Assembly: GCA_964016885.1 (NCBI GenBank)
Contig: OZ024740.1
Location: forward strand, 73,656,001-73,720,000
Direction: 5' to 3'
DNA from: Eledone cirrhosa
Lineage: Eukaryota
Length of the DNA: 64,000 nucleotides
The notes below the pieces were generated by a model. It had not been told where the DNA came from and ran no database searches. It was given only the letters and a program-made list of their open reading frames with translations. This document shows, piece after piece, positions 14,081-25,016 of the stretch. The number at the start of each line of letters is the position of its first letter. The first letter of the stretch is position 1. Both the position numbers and the translations under genes were made by a program.

Positions 14081-17000
14081 TCATCATCATCATCATCATC
14101 ACCGTTTTACGTCCGTTCTTCCACGCTAGCATGGGTTAGACGGGTTGTCCTGTTGTGGGCAGTGTCTGGTCGGCTGACCATGCCTTGCTTATACAGGAAC
14201 TGATCTGGCTTGATTTCTACAGCTGGATGCCCTTCCTAACACCAACCTCATTTACAGTGAGTGCTGGGTGCTTTTTCGTGGCGCCTACACGTCCACTTTA
14301 CAGTGTGGGCTGGGTGCTTTTTTGCCGTGGCACCTCCACGACCACCTTGCGGTGGGGGGGGGGGGGCATATTGTTTATATGCTTCAGCATGTACCCATGG
14401 GAGGTCGGGTACCCTGTATTACTGCGTGCCGCCAGAAGTCACGGTCGTGTGTCATTGACTTTGAGAGGTGTAGTTGGGTAAGGTCGGCTTTTATCACCTC
14501 ATCCCAAGTCATCTTGGGTCTCCCCACTCCGCGGTTTCCATCAACTTCTAGTGCTCTGCACCTTTTTATGCAGCTGTCATCCTTCATACGCATCACATGT
14601 CCATACCAGCGTAACCGCCTCTCCTGCACGCAGCATTTGATTCCTCTTATGCTCAGTCTCTCTCTCAATTCATTTATGCTTTGTCGTTCACGTATATTAC
14701 TGTTACACATCCATCGGAGCATGCAGGCTTCGTTTCTCTCTAATCTACGTAAGTCTTCCACCTTCAGCGCCCAGGTCTCACTACCATGCAACATCGCTGT
14801 TCGGATACACGCATCATACAGTCTGCCTTTCATTCTGAGGGAGAAGCCTTTTGCAGCTAGCAGTGGTAGTAGTTCCCTAAACTTCTTCCATCCCGTTCTT
14901 ACCCTAGTTATTGTACTTTCTGAGCACCCACCTCCGTTGCTAATTCGGTCACCTAGGTAGCAGAAGCTGTCTACTGTTTCTACAGGGCCCTCCCAGAGAT
15001 TGGTGGTACTTGTTTCCTGTGGCTGTTTGCTTGCTGTTTCAGCACAGCTGCTGCATGTGAATCCTACATTCTTAATTAAGCTTCCTGAGATCCCGCTACA
15101 TCTCTTGTGTACCCATTGTTTGCATTTGGGGCAAAGAATGGAGTTCCTACCTACACCTTTCCTACATACTGAGCAAGGCCATTTCCCTGAGGGGATCTGG
15201 GTTCTGTTTTCTCGTCTACTTATAAGGACCTTAGTCTTTGTCATGTTGACTTTGAGGCCCTTTCTCTCTAGTCCCTGCTTCCAGGTTTGGAATTTATTCT
15301 CTAGTTCTACCATAGATTCAGCTATGAGTGCGAGGTCATCAGCATACAGGAGTTCCCATGGGCATCCGGTCTTAAACTCCTCCGTTATTGCCTGCAGGAC
15401 TATGATGAACAGGAGAGGGCTAAGAACAGAGCCCTGGTGGACCCCAACCTGTACGCTAAATTCCTCGCTATACTCATTGCCAATCCTAACTTTGCTGACT
15501 GCTCCCCTATACATGGCTTGTACCGCTTTCACAAGCCATTCATCTACTCCTAGTTTTCTAAGAGCCCACCAGATTACTGCACGTGGAACTCTGTCAAAGG
15601 CTTTCTCAAGGTCGACAAATGCCAAGTAGAGTGGCTTACTTTTAGCTAGGTACTTTTCCTGTAATTGCCTCACAAGGAAGAGCGCATCAGTGGTGCCTTT
15701 CCCTGGTACAAACCCAAATTGCATCTCGTCTATATTCACCCGGTCCCTAATCAGCTGTGCTATAACTCTTTCTGTTACTTTCATGACCTGGTCCATCAAC
15801 TTTATACCTCTATAGTTTCCTCTATCTAGTGCATCGCCTTTACCTTTGTAGCAGTTGACAATGATGCTACTGCACCAATCTTTTGGTATGGCCCCCTCTA
15901 GTATTACCTGGTTAACGATACGTGTGGTTATAGTGTGACCTACAGACCCAGATGCCTTCAGCATCTCGGCAGCTATACCCGATGGACCGGTTGCCTTCCC
16001 TATCTTCATATCTCTGATTGCCTTACTTACTACGCTGCCGCTGACTTGTACTGCTGGTCCCTCTATAGGGTCTACGTGGGGTAGGGTCTCTTCTTCCCAT
16101 GCATTCTCCTCATTTAGTAATCTATCATAATGACTCTTCCATGCATCTTTCTTCTCAGCACTTGTGAGGGCAAGCTCACCTTTATCATTCCGGATACACT
16201 TCTCTCCAATGACATCACAACTATCTCTGACACACTGCCTCGCAATCTTGAATACCTCCTGTTTCTGGTCCTCACGTTGTAAAACATGCTTGAATTTTCT
16301 ATCCTCTGCTTCCCTCCTAGCTAAGTATACTTGTCGCCTAGCTTCCCTCTTGGTCTCTATGTAATGTACCCTGCTCCCCCCGTTCTTCCATTCTTTCCAT
16401 GCCTGTCTCTTGGCCTTGACTGCTTCATCTACCTTATTGTTCCACCACCAAGTCACTCTCCTCCTGCTTGAGGTCTTACTCCAGCCACAAACCTCATCCG
16501 TCGCCTCTAGTAAGTTATTTTTTAGGAACTCCCAGTTCTCTTCTACGTTAAATGTCTCTATCTGTTCTTCTTTACTGTCGTAGGCGTTGAGTAAAATATC
16601 TTTAAATCTGTTACTGGTTGAGGGGACTTTCAGCTTCCAGATCTTTCTTCTCCAGGTTGGCCTCTGTTTCAGGGCTCGTCTAGTTCTGACCGTGAGGTCG
16701 CTGACAACTAAGCTATGTTGGGATGTACATTCCTCACTAGGGAAGGCTTTTGTGTTTACGACCGTCCATCTGTCACGTCCTCTGATGAGGATAAAATCTA
16801 ACTGACTAGAGTGCTCCCCTGATCTATAGGTGATCAGGTGGTTGTCGGGTTTTTTAAAGTTTGTGTTACATATCGACATGTCATTGGCGTCGCAGAATTC
16901 TAGAAGTCTGAATCCTTCCTCATTCCTTGTGCCAACTCCATGGCCTCCATGTACTCTATTGAAGCCGTCGCAGTGTTTACCTACGTGTCCGTTAAAATCT

Positions 17001-17503
17001 CCTGCAATGATTAGGAAGTCCTTGTCGTCTGTTAGAGCAGTAGTGTGTATTAGGGACTCGTAAAACCTATCCTTAAGTTCGTCTGGCAGCCCCGATTGGG
17101 GTGCGTAAGCTGATATTATTGTGGTAATTGTCTTATTCAGGACTAGTCTGAGTTTAATGATTCTTGCATTTACCCTGTACACTGAGATTACTTTATCTAC
17201 CCACTTGTCAGCTAATAGTATACCTACACCACCCATCCCATCGTCATTTCCCACCCAGAAAAATTTGTAGCACTGGCTTTTTCCTACAAGGACTCTAGCA
17301 GACCCTCCTCTCCATCTAGTCTCTTGCACACAGCATACATCAACTTCCTTTCGCTCTAGCATTTCTACGATTTCTCCTGCTCTTCCTTTCATTGAGCCTA
17401 CATTGATGGTACCAACTCGGAGTTTTGGGCATTTGTCGACACTCGTAGGGGAGGGTCTCTGGGTTGGCGCTTCACGTGGGTGCTTGGTAGCTCGCAGATT
17501 CAT
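14080..17503 (-). mobile_element. RTE LINE, near full-length, with 3'UTR and (GAT)n tail, embedded between (TA)n tracts
   Basis: ORF above. The 3'UTR 14100-14383 is shared with other copies, and the tail is tcatcatcat at 14081-14100. Confidence 0.93.
14384..17503 (-). CDS. Intact RTE-clade LINE ORF, about 1039 aa: APE endonuclease + reverse transcriptase + PHD-like zinc finger
   Basis: Motifs GTINVGSM, CVQETRW, SAYAPQ, GDFNGH, DFIL, QFGF, DLEKAFD, GVHQGSVLSP, LLYADD, HGSETW, RRLRWYGHVMRM. No stop from ATG 17503 to the stop at 14384. Confidence 0.95.
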   Translation of the reverse strand: MNLRATKHPREAPTQRPSPTSVDKCPKLRVGTINVGSMKGRAGEIVEMLERKEVDVCCVQETRWRGGSARVLVGKSQCYKFFWVGNDDGMGGVGILLADKWVDKVISVYRVNARIIKLRLVLNKTITTIISAYAPQSGLPDELKDRFYESLIHTTALTDDKDFLIIAGDFNGHVGKHCDGFNRVHGGHGVGTRNEEGFRLLEFCDANDMSICNTNFKKPDNHLITYRSGEHSSQLDFILIRGRDRWTVVNTKAFPSEECTSQHSLVVSDLTVRTRRALKQRPTWRRKIWKLKVPSTSNRFKDILLNAYDSKEEQIETFNVEENWEFLKNNLLEATDEVCGWSKTSSRRRVTWWWNNKVDEAVKAKRQAWKEWKNGGSRVHYIETKREARRQVYLARREAEDRKFKHVLQREDQKQEVFKIARQCVRDSCDVIGEKCIRNDKGELALTSAEKKDAWKSHYDRLLNEENAWEEETLPHVDPIEGPAVQVSGSVVSKAIRDMKIGKATGPSGIAAEMLKASGSVGHTITTRIVNQVILEGAIPKDWCSSIIVNCYKGKGDALDRGNYRGIKLMDQVMKVTERVIAQLIRDRVNIDEMQFGFVPGKGTTDALFLVRQLQEKYLAKSKPLYLAFVDLEKAFDRVPRAVIWWALRKLGVDEWLVKAVQAMYRGAVSKVRIGNEYSEEFSVQVGVHQGSVLSPLLFIIVLQAITEEFKTGCPWELLYADDLALIAESMVELENKFQTWKQGLERKGLKVNMTKTKVLISRRENRTQIPSGKWPCSVCRKGVGRNSILCPKCKQWVHKRCSGISGSLIKNVGFTCSSCAETASKQPQETSTTNLWEGPVETVDSFCYLGDRISNGGGCSESTITRVRTGWKKFRELLPLLAAKGFSLRMKGRLYDACIRTAMLHGSETWALKVEDLRRLERNEACMLRWMCNSNIRERQSINELRERLSIRGIKCCVQERRLRWYGHVMRMKDDSCIKRCRALEVDGNRGVGRPKMTWDEVIKADLTQLHLSKSMTHDRDFWRHAVIQGTRPPMGTC

Positions 17504-17528
17504 ATTTATATAAATATAATATATATAT

Positions 17529-17586
<58 letters not shown>

Positions 17587-17620
17587 ATATATATATAATA
17601 TATATAATATATATATATAT

Positions 17621-17655
<35 letters not shown>

Positions 17656-17751
17656 ATATATAATATATATATATAATATATATATAATATATAATATATA
17701 TATATAATATATATATAATATATATATATATAATATATATATATAATATAT

Positions 17752-17784
<33 letters not shown>

Positions 17785-17917
17785 ATATATATATAATATA
17801 TATATATATAATATATATATATATATAATATATATAAATATAATATATATAAATATAATATATATAAATATAATATATATATATATAATATATATAAATA
17901 TAATATATATAAATATA

Positions 17918-17973
<56 letters not shown>

Positions 17974-17981
17974 TAAATATA

Positions 17982-18013
<32 letters not shown>

Positions 18014-18028
18014 ATATATATAAATATA

Positions 18029-18060
<32 letters not shown>

Positions 18061-18071
18061 ATATATATAAT

Positions 18072-18109
<38 letters not shown>

Positions 18110-18110
18110 A
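17504..18110. repeat. (TA)n microsatellite
   Basis: Directly visible. Confidence 0.98.
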
Positions 18111-18206
18111 TCAGGACCCCGGTGGCTGAGCTCTCGCCATTTCAACAGCTAGACCCGAACGGATCTAACTGTCGAAACGGCCGGAACTCAGCCGTCGGGG
18201 TCCTGA
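18111..18206. repeat. GC-rich imperfect hairpin (~46 bp arms)
   Basis: tcaggaccccggtggctgag...tagaccc gaac ggatcta...ctcagccgtcggggtcctga. Confidence 0.85.
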
Positions 18207-18290
18207 CTCTTTTCATATTACCCACTCTACTACTCCAAATATCGAATACTCTGGTTGGTTATGGTCCACCTGGTATCTTACCACACCCTC

Positions 18291-18321
<31 letters not shown>

Positions 18322-18590
18322 CAAATATATATATCATAATACTATTGAATGTTGATGCAGTTGGAAACTATGGTTAATCAATAAATAGCCATATGGTCTT
18401 TAATATTTGAAAATTCCCAGAAAATGTTTTTACTGTTGGCACAAAACTAAAGCAATGCAGCTATGCAAGTTCAAATCATTATGTATTTTTGAATATACAT
18501 ATATATAGATATATATGTGTATATATGTATGTGTGTCTGTGTGTGTGTGTGTATATATATATATTTTTTTTTTTTTGAAAAAAAAAGAAC

Positions 18591-18718
18591 AGAATGACTT
18601 CACTTGTAGTTCTAAACAATTTGATTTATTTTATATTATAATATTATGAGTCTACCAACTCATAATATTATAATATAAAATTAAATCAAATTGTTTAGAA
18701 CTACAAGTGAAGTCATTC
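18591..18718. repeat. Near-perfect ~60 bp-arm palindrome
   Basis: agaatgacttcacttgtagttc...tatgagt ctacca actcata...gaagtcattct. The right arm recurs singly at 63193-63300. Confidence 0.9.
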
Positions 18719-19154
18719 TTTTCCTTTTTTTCAAATATACCTAACTGTACCAAGGATCTCACACATTTTCCCATATATATATATAACCACAGTTGTTGGC
18801 TTCCCTCTTCTTTATTTAATATTCTACAACAAACTCCATACATTGAAAAAAGAAGCAGATTAGTGTGTTTAAAATATTGATATAAATCTTCAGAGAAGTT
18901 GATTTTGATACAAAGACTAATAATTTACATTATTAATACCAAATCATTTGAAAAACATTGAAATATATATAAAATATGTTCTGGGTTAAAAATGTTTTGG
19001 GATAACAATGAAGTTATGTAAAGTAATTGTTATTGATAAGTTGTACAGGGTTTGTATGTAGTCCCATGCATCATATCTTAGTAGTAGTCCAAGGGGGATG
19101 TTCTTATAAGTGGGTGAAGATAATTCAAAGTAAATGTTCTGGATAAAGTTTTGG

Positions 19155-19209
19155 TTAATTTGGTCCTCCATATCCCTTTTCATTTACCATATCATTCCTT
19201 CTGTAATAA
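19155..19209 (-). CDS. Candidate terminal exon (RYYRRNDMVNEKGYGGPN*); alternative 19468-19480 (RHVK*)
   Basis: Strong acceptor tttttttttccag; phase 2 gives a short open frame ending in TAA. Confidence 0.45.
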
Positions 19210-22200
19210 CTGGAAAAAAAAAGACAATTACAAATTATTTATTCATTGAGACTGGTTTTATTTTCATCTACAGATCAAATAAATGGCATCTATTCATCAA
19301 TGGTAAACTCAATTTGTTGCCAGTTTAAAATAATCACTAGTTTTTCAGGTAACTTTAATGGGGTCCACTCCATTGTAAATATTCAAACAAGGTCTTTGGT
19401 CTATGTTATTCCTTCATCTCTGTTTCCCATCATTCTCAAAAGCCCTTTAAAACTTCCGTGGGCACTGCTATTTCACATGACTAAATGATTAAAAAACAAC
19501 AAGAAAAAGAAACCAACAGTGATCTTCAATAAAGACCTGGGACAGACAAGCAACAACAAAAAATACACAAAATATATAATGCACTCTACAGAGATGCAGC
19601 TACCAGCCTGTCTGAGGGTCAGTAGCTCTGATTATATACTGACTTAGTCTGTGATGACCCATCCAACTCTTGATTCAGACATCTTGACCTGTCCAACTGA
19701 ATGTCAACCCCAATATGGCCCTCAACCTATTTTGGAGGGACTGGGTGTCCTTGAATCAGCTACACACAGTTGTTGGTTGAGTCAATGCAGCCATGGGGGT
19801 TGTGTCTATTAGCAGCTTACCAGTGTGGCTTGCCAGAGTAGACTGCTGAACATATACTGAGTGAGTTCCCAGATCTCCGCCCACCTAAGAATATGAACCT
19901 CACATACCCTAATCACACAACAGGGAGTTGGTTACAATGCTTTGGGAGGGGGTAATAATTACAGCTGTCTCATTTGCAAGAAAAAGAAGCAAGAAGAAGC
20001 AAAAAGCAAGAAAAAAACAAGAAGAAAAAGAAAAAGAAAAAGAAAAAGAAAAAGAAGAAATGGCCATTAACTGATAATAATGATGATGATGAAAATATGA
20101 AAGAGAAATGTTTTGATTTACCGAAAGTCTCCTGGTTCATTGTAGTCAACTTCTGGCTGTCTCGTGGGTGGTGGGGGTAATGGAGGTGAAGGATTAGGCA
20201 GTCTCTTTTGAGATGTCTCAAAGTTGTTGTTTGGCTGCAGGGTACTGAGGTTCTGGTACTCATTATCCTGTGATGAACCAAACTGTGACATAATATTACT
20301 GGTTGAGTAAGGTGATCTTATTGGGTATGATAAAGTTGGCTGTGGTGGTGGTGGTGGTGTTGGGATGTTGTTGGTGGAAGCCTGATACTGGTGGTTTAAT
20401 AGCATTGTGTCATTATTCTGTACTTGTTCTTTGTGGGACGGAGAAGCAGGAGGCTAAAAGTAAAAATAGCTAAAGTAAAGAAGGGCACTTTAGCTAGGCA
20501 AGCATTGCCAGCTAAATAGAATTTCTGGATTAGGGTAATGTGGAGTATATACCTGCTATAGTTAAATGATAGGGTTGAGGGTAGTGGTATTGTTTCGAAG
20601 GGGGGTGGGGGTGGGAAAGGATGACAATGTATACTTTTCTTAACAGGTGGTGAGGAGGCACAGCCATGGTAGTAGAAGAGAAAGAAAAGATAAAAGAATT
20701 AGTGTTAATGTACATATTAAATGGAGGTAGGTTAGATAGTTTTTATCCTTGTTACATATTGTTGAGAGCTTGTTCTATATATGAGCTGAAAAGTTTGTTG
20801 GGATTTAGTGAGAACAATTTAGCTCAGGTTAGTTTTTTCATAGATAATTTGTGCGACCACTTAATTAGGAATACTAGACTTGAGTCTACAAAGGTTTGGC
20901 TGGAGTATGTTATGGGACCTTTCATTAATATATCCCATGATAGGTTATATTTAAGTTCGATTTTTGGTAATAGAAATGTGTATAGGTATGTGTTGAGGGA
21001 TAGGAGAATTTGTGTGAGTGCAATGCCAATTACATAATGGGGACAGAAGTCACTGCAGAGTAATACAGAAACTATGTAATTCAATGGATGCAATCTGATG
21101 ATGTTGTCGCCACCATACCAGTAATTGGAGCAGGTTGATTGTTATTTTATGGGGGTGGGGTGGGTGGGGGTGGAGTGTGATTTTGAAAGACGTGTTTGAA
21201 TTTAATTTATGTCAGATAGGTAAGACTGATTGTAGGTTTGGACTAGATTTGTTTACATTCTAGTTAAGTCAAATGAGTCTTAGTTATTATTATAACAATA
21301 AAAAATTAACAGTCCAGTCTGTACAATGGCAGCAGGAAGGGCATCCAGCCATAGAAAATTTGCCAAATAAAGGGTTGAGAGAATTCCTTCAGTTATCTCA
21401 AAGATATGACAGCCTCACTAGTACAGGTGCCACAATAAAATGCACCCAATACACTCTGTAGGGAGAAAATAAGGAAGGAAGACTGGCAGAAAAGAAGGAA
21501 GAAAGAAAAAAGAAAAGGAAGAGGCAAAAAAAAAAAAGCAATAAAAAAACAAAAACAAAATAAAACAAATAAAAAAATTAAATTAAATAACCCCCCCCCC
21601 CCATCTCTTAAATATGAAATTGTAGTAGTAGTAGCAGCAGCAGCAGCAGTGTTGAAAAAGCATCCGACCTTAGTTTGGGAAAAAAAAATGACGTACTTGG
21701 TGAAATTCAATTGCTAACCCCCTTTAAAGTAGGTTCTTAGTGCTTCCACACACTTAACCCAGCGATCCTTCCATTATTCAAAGTACATCTTCCCATAGTC
21801 CACATGATGTCGTCTCAGCTCTCAAAGTGGGAACCTTTCAGTGGCATCTTCGATTTTGGGAACAGAAGTCAGAAGCCATGCCTGGAGGGTAGGGAGGGAG
21901 CTTGATGAATGATTGAAATGCCTTTATTCACCAAGAAACCATGGATTAAGAGTGACAAATGAGCTGGGGCATTGACATGCTGCAGCTACCAGTTTTGTGA
22001 GGTTTCTTGCACTGAACTGCATCGTAAAGACACTGGAGGACTTCCTGATAGTATTCCTTTGTAACTGTTTGTCCTATTGGTGTGTATTCATGATGTACAA
22101 TGTTTCAGTAGTCAAAGTCAGCATCATCTTGATTTTGCTCTGTACTTTTCGATTGGCAACATTGAATGCTTCAACTGTGATGACTGAGTTTTGGTTTCTG

Positions 22201-24983
22201 TTTAAATCCATGTACATACATCTCATCTCTAGTTATTATGATATTCATTGCATTTTCATTTTGCTTCATACTGTCAATGAGGAATCTGAGTTTCTGAATA
22301 TCATAATTGTTTCTATTTTTGGCACAAGGCCAGCAATTACCCAGTACATTACTGGAACTTTATTTTATCGACCCTGTAAGGATGAAAGGCAAAGGTAACC
22401 TCAAATCCCGCCGAGGTTAACTTTGCCTTTCATCCTTACGGGGTTGATAAAATAAAGTACCAGTAATGTACTGGGTAATTGCTGGCCTTGTGCCAAAAGT
22501 AGAAACAATTATGATATTCAGAAACTCAGATTCCTCATTGACAGTATGAAGCAAAATGAAAATGCAAAGTGTTACAGAACGTTACACGCTGGTTGCCTGA
22601 CATCAATTGACACATCCAGCAAGCTTGCCAAAAACCATACATATACATGAATATATGTGGCTCCACTTTGCACCATTTTGTCTCCCCAAAGTAAGATACA
22701 TGTTTGACAGAGCTCATATATAAAGTAAAATAGGAAATATATAAATATCAGAGTATAGTAAACCAAAAACCAACATATTTGAAACATACAGAGGTAATAT
22801 GGTTTCTGATTTAGGCACATGGCCAACAATTTGAGGGGAGGAAAAAGTCGATTAAATAGTCCCCAGTGCATCACTGGTGATTTATTTTATCAATCCCATA
22901 AGGATGAAAAGCAAAGGTAACCTCAACAGAATTTAAACTCAGGACATAAAGGTTTGAGTGGACTCTTCAGTATTGATGATCATTGTGACAACCTCTCTGG
23001 TGCAGTGGCCATGATAAAACATACACAGTCCTTTTTCCCTGTAAAATGGTAGTGCTAGTACCACAATAAAACACACTTAGCCTTCTGTAAGGTGGTAGTG
23101 CTAGTATCATGAATAAAAAAAATGCACACAATATACATTGTAAGGAGGTTGGCATTAGGAAGGGTATCCAACCATAGAAACCATGCCAAATATTTAACAT
23201 ATGAACAAGAAACATTTAGCCATGACAACCCATCTAACCCATGCCAGCATGGAAAGCAAATGTACAATGATGATGAAGATGAGATTGATGTTGATGATGA
23301 TGATGATGATGGGGTGGTGGTTGTGGTGGTGGTGATGCCAAGGCAAAACAAATACAAAGATGTGAGCAAACCAATCAACCAGCCAACCAAAGAACCAACC
23401 AACCAATCAAGCAATGAAGCAACCAATTACTAAAGCAGCCAACCCGTAAGCCAATTACATCATCTGCACCAAGTAATAGTGCACTGTACCCCATTACATC
23501 TCATAACACTAAAACTGCATTGCACCACAGTCCCGTCATTTCACCCTTGTATGGGCTTGGAAATTTAACACGTGATCATGCTATGCTGTTTTATAATTAA
23601 TTTCTAATTCTGGCACAAGGCCAGAAATTTAGGTAAGAAAGGAAAGTAGATGATATAGACTCCAGTACTTGGCTGATATTTTATTTTATTGACCTTAAAA
23701 GGATGAAAGAAAAACGAAGTTGACCTTGAAGGGATTTGAACTCAGAATATAAAAATCCGGGACAAATACTGCTAAGTATTTGTTCAATGTTGTTTATAAT
23801 TAATGGAGATTTGTATGTATTGGTCAATGGTAACAACTCAAACCAGTCAATGAAAGGTTGTCATGTTATTGTGTTCATTTTCTCATTCTCTCTGATGTGC
23901 AGAATCTCAGATGGAAGTTGCTTCATGATCCCAACAGGCATAATTGAAATGACCAGAGGATAAAGCCATTCCAACTTGCAGAGTTTATTCTTGAGGGTGG
24001 CCAACTCATCCAGATGTGAGTGGGTAGATAGTTCAAGGACCTAGGATGTCAGATGTTACCACTTGTGTAGTAAATAGTTCAGGGACCTAGGATGTCAGAA
24101 GTTACCATTGCGATAGGTTTGATGATAAGCCTTATTAGTTTTATATATACCTGAACACTACCATAACAATGTACATATAACCACACACCAGATAGCCTTT
24201 AACTGCATAGCATTAGATTTATTATTATTATATTTCACTGCAACATAATTCAGCAGTTTCACCACTGATTCTATACCAATACCATAGCAGCAAATACCAA
24301 GCCATAAACAAATTTCAAAACCGCAAATTACCCTGAATATATATATGGCTTGTATTAGAAGTTACCTGGAGACCAGCACAAAGTAAGGTGTCGTAGATCG
24401 GAGGATGGAGAGGTTGAGGAGGAGGTGGTGGTGGTGGTGGTGGAGGTGGAAAAGTATCCTGATCTGGATGAAGGTGATGAAGATGATGATGGTGATGATG
24501 ATGTTGTAATAGTACCGTAGTGCTGTAGTTACGGCAAGTCCTTCCGTCGGTTTCGTAGCTAGTATCTCCAATCTGTTGCAACCAGCCACTGATGGCCCTC
24601 TGTAGGGACAGGTAGGTTTAGCAAGCACTCAAACATTTAACACAAGAAAAAAATCAAAGATTGATTTATTTATATTTACCAACATATCTATCTTCAGACA
24701 AGAATAACAACAACAAAGTACAAATCTCAATAATATTTGAAAGATAGACAGACAGATAAATACATAGGTAGAACAATATCATTCTAATTTAGTGGATATA
24801 TGTTTGATAATGATTGAAGAAAATGGACGTTAAATGGTGATGGTGATATACATGCATGAATATATGTGAGAGATGGGCTCCCAGCCCGTCTGAGAGGTCA
24901 GTAGCCCTGAATAAGTACTGACTTGGTCTCTGTGATGATCTTTCTAGCCATTGCTAGCAGAAAAAAACAGACATTAAACAATG

Positions 24984-25016
<33 letters not shown>

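Noticed and set aside
4924-14132. Long Ile/Tyr-rich ORFs (up to 491 aa)
   Set aside because: Translations of (TA)n microsatellite; one spans the N gap.
14268-17063. Plus-strand ORFs over the LINE
   Set aside because: Antisense shadows of the RTE ORF.
17504-18145. N-terminal 214 aa of the 1253-aa ORF
   Set aside because: TA repeat read in frame; the LINE ORF starts at about 17503.
19447-19480. UAG read-through or A-to-I recoding extending RHVK* to RHVKWQCPRKF
   Set aside because: The extension does not restore a WH2 motif, and there is no evidence from DNA alone.
20540-21240. Possible LINE fossil or exon
   Set aside because: No motif I can confidently assign.
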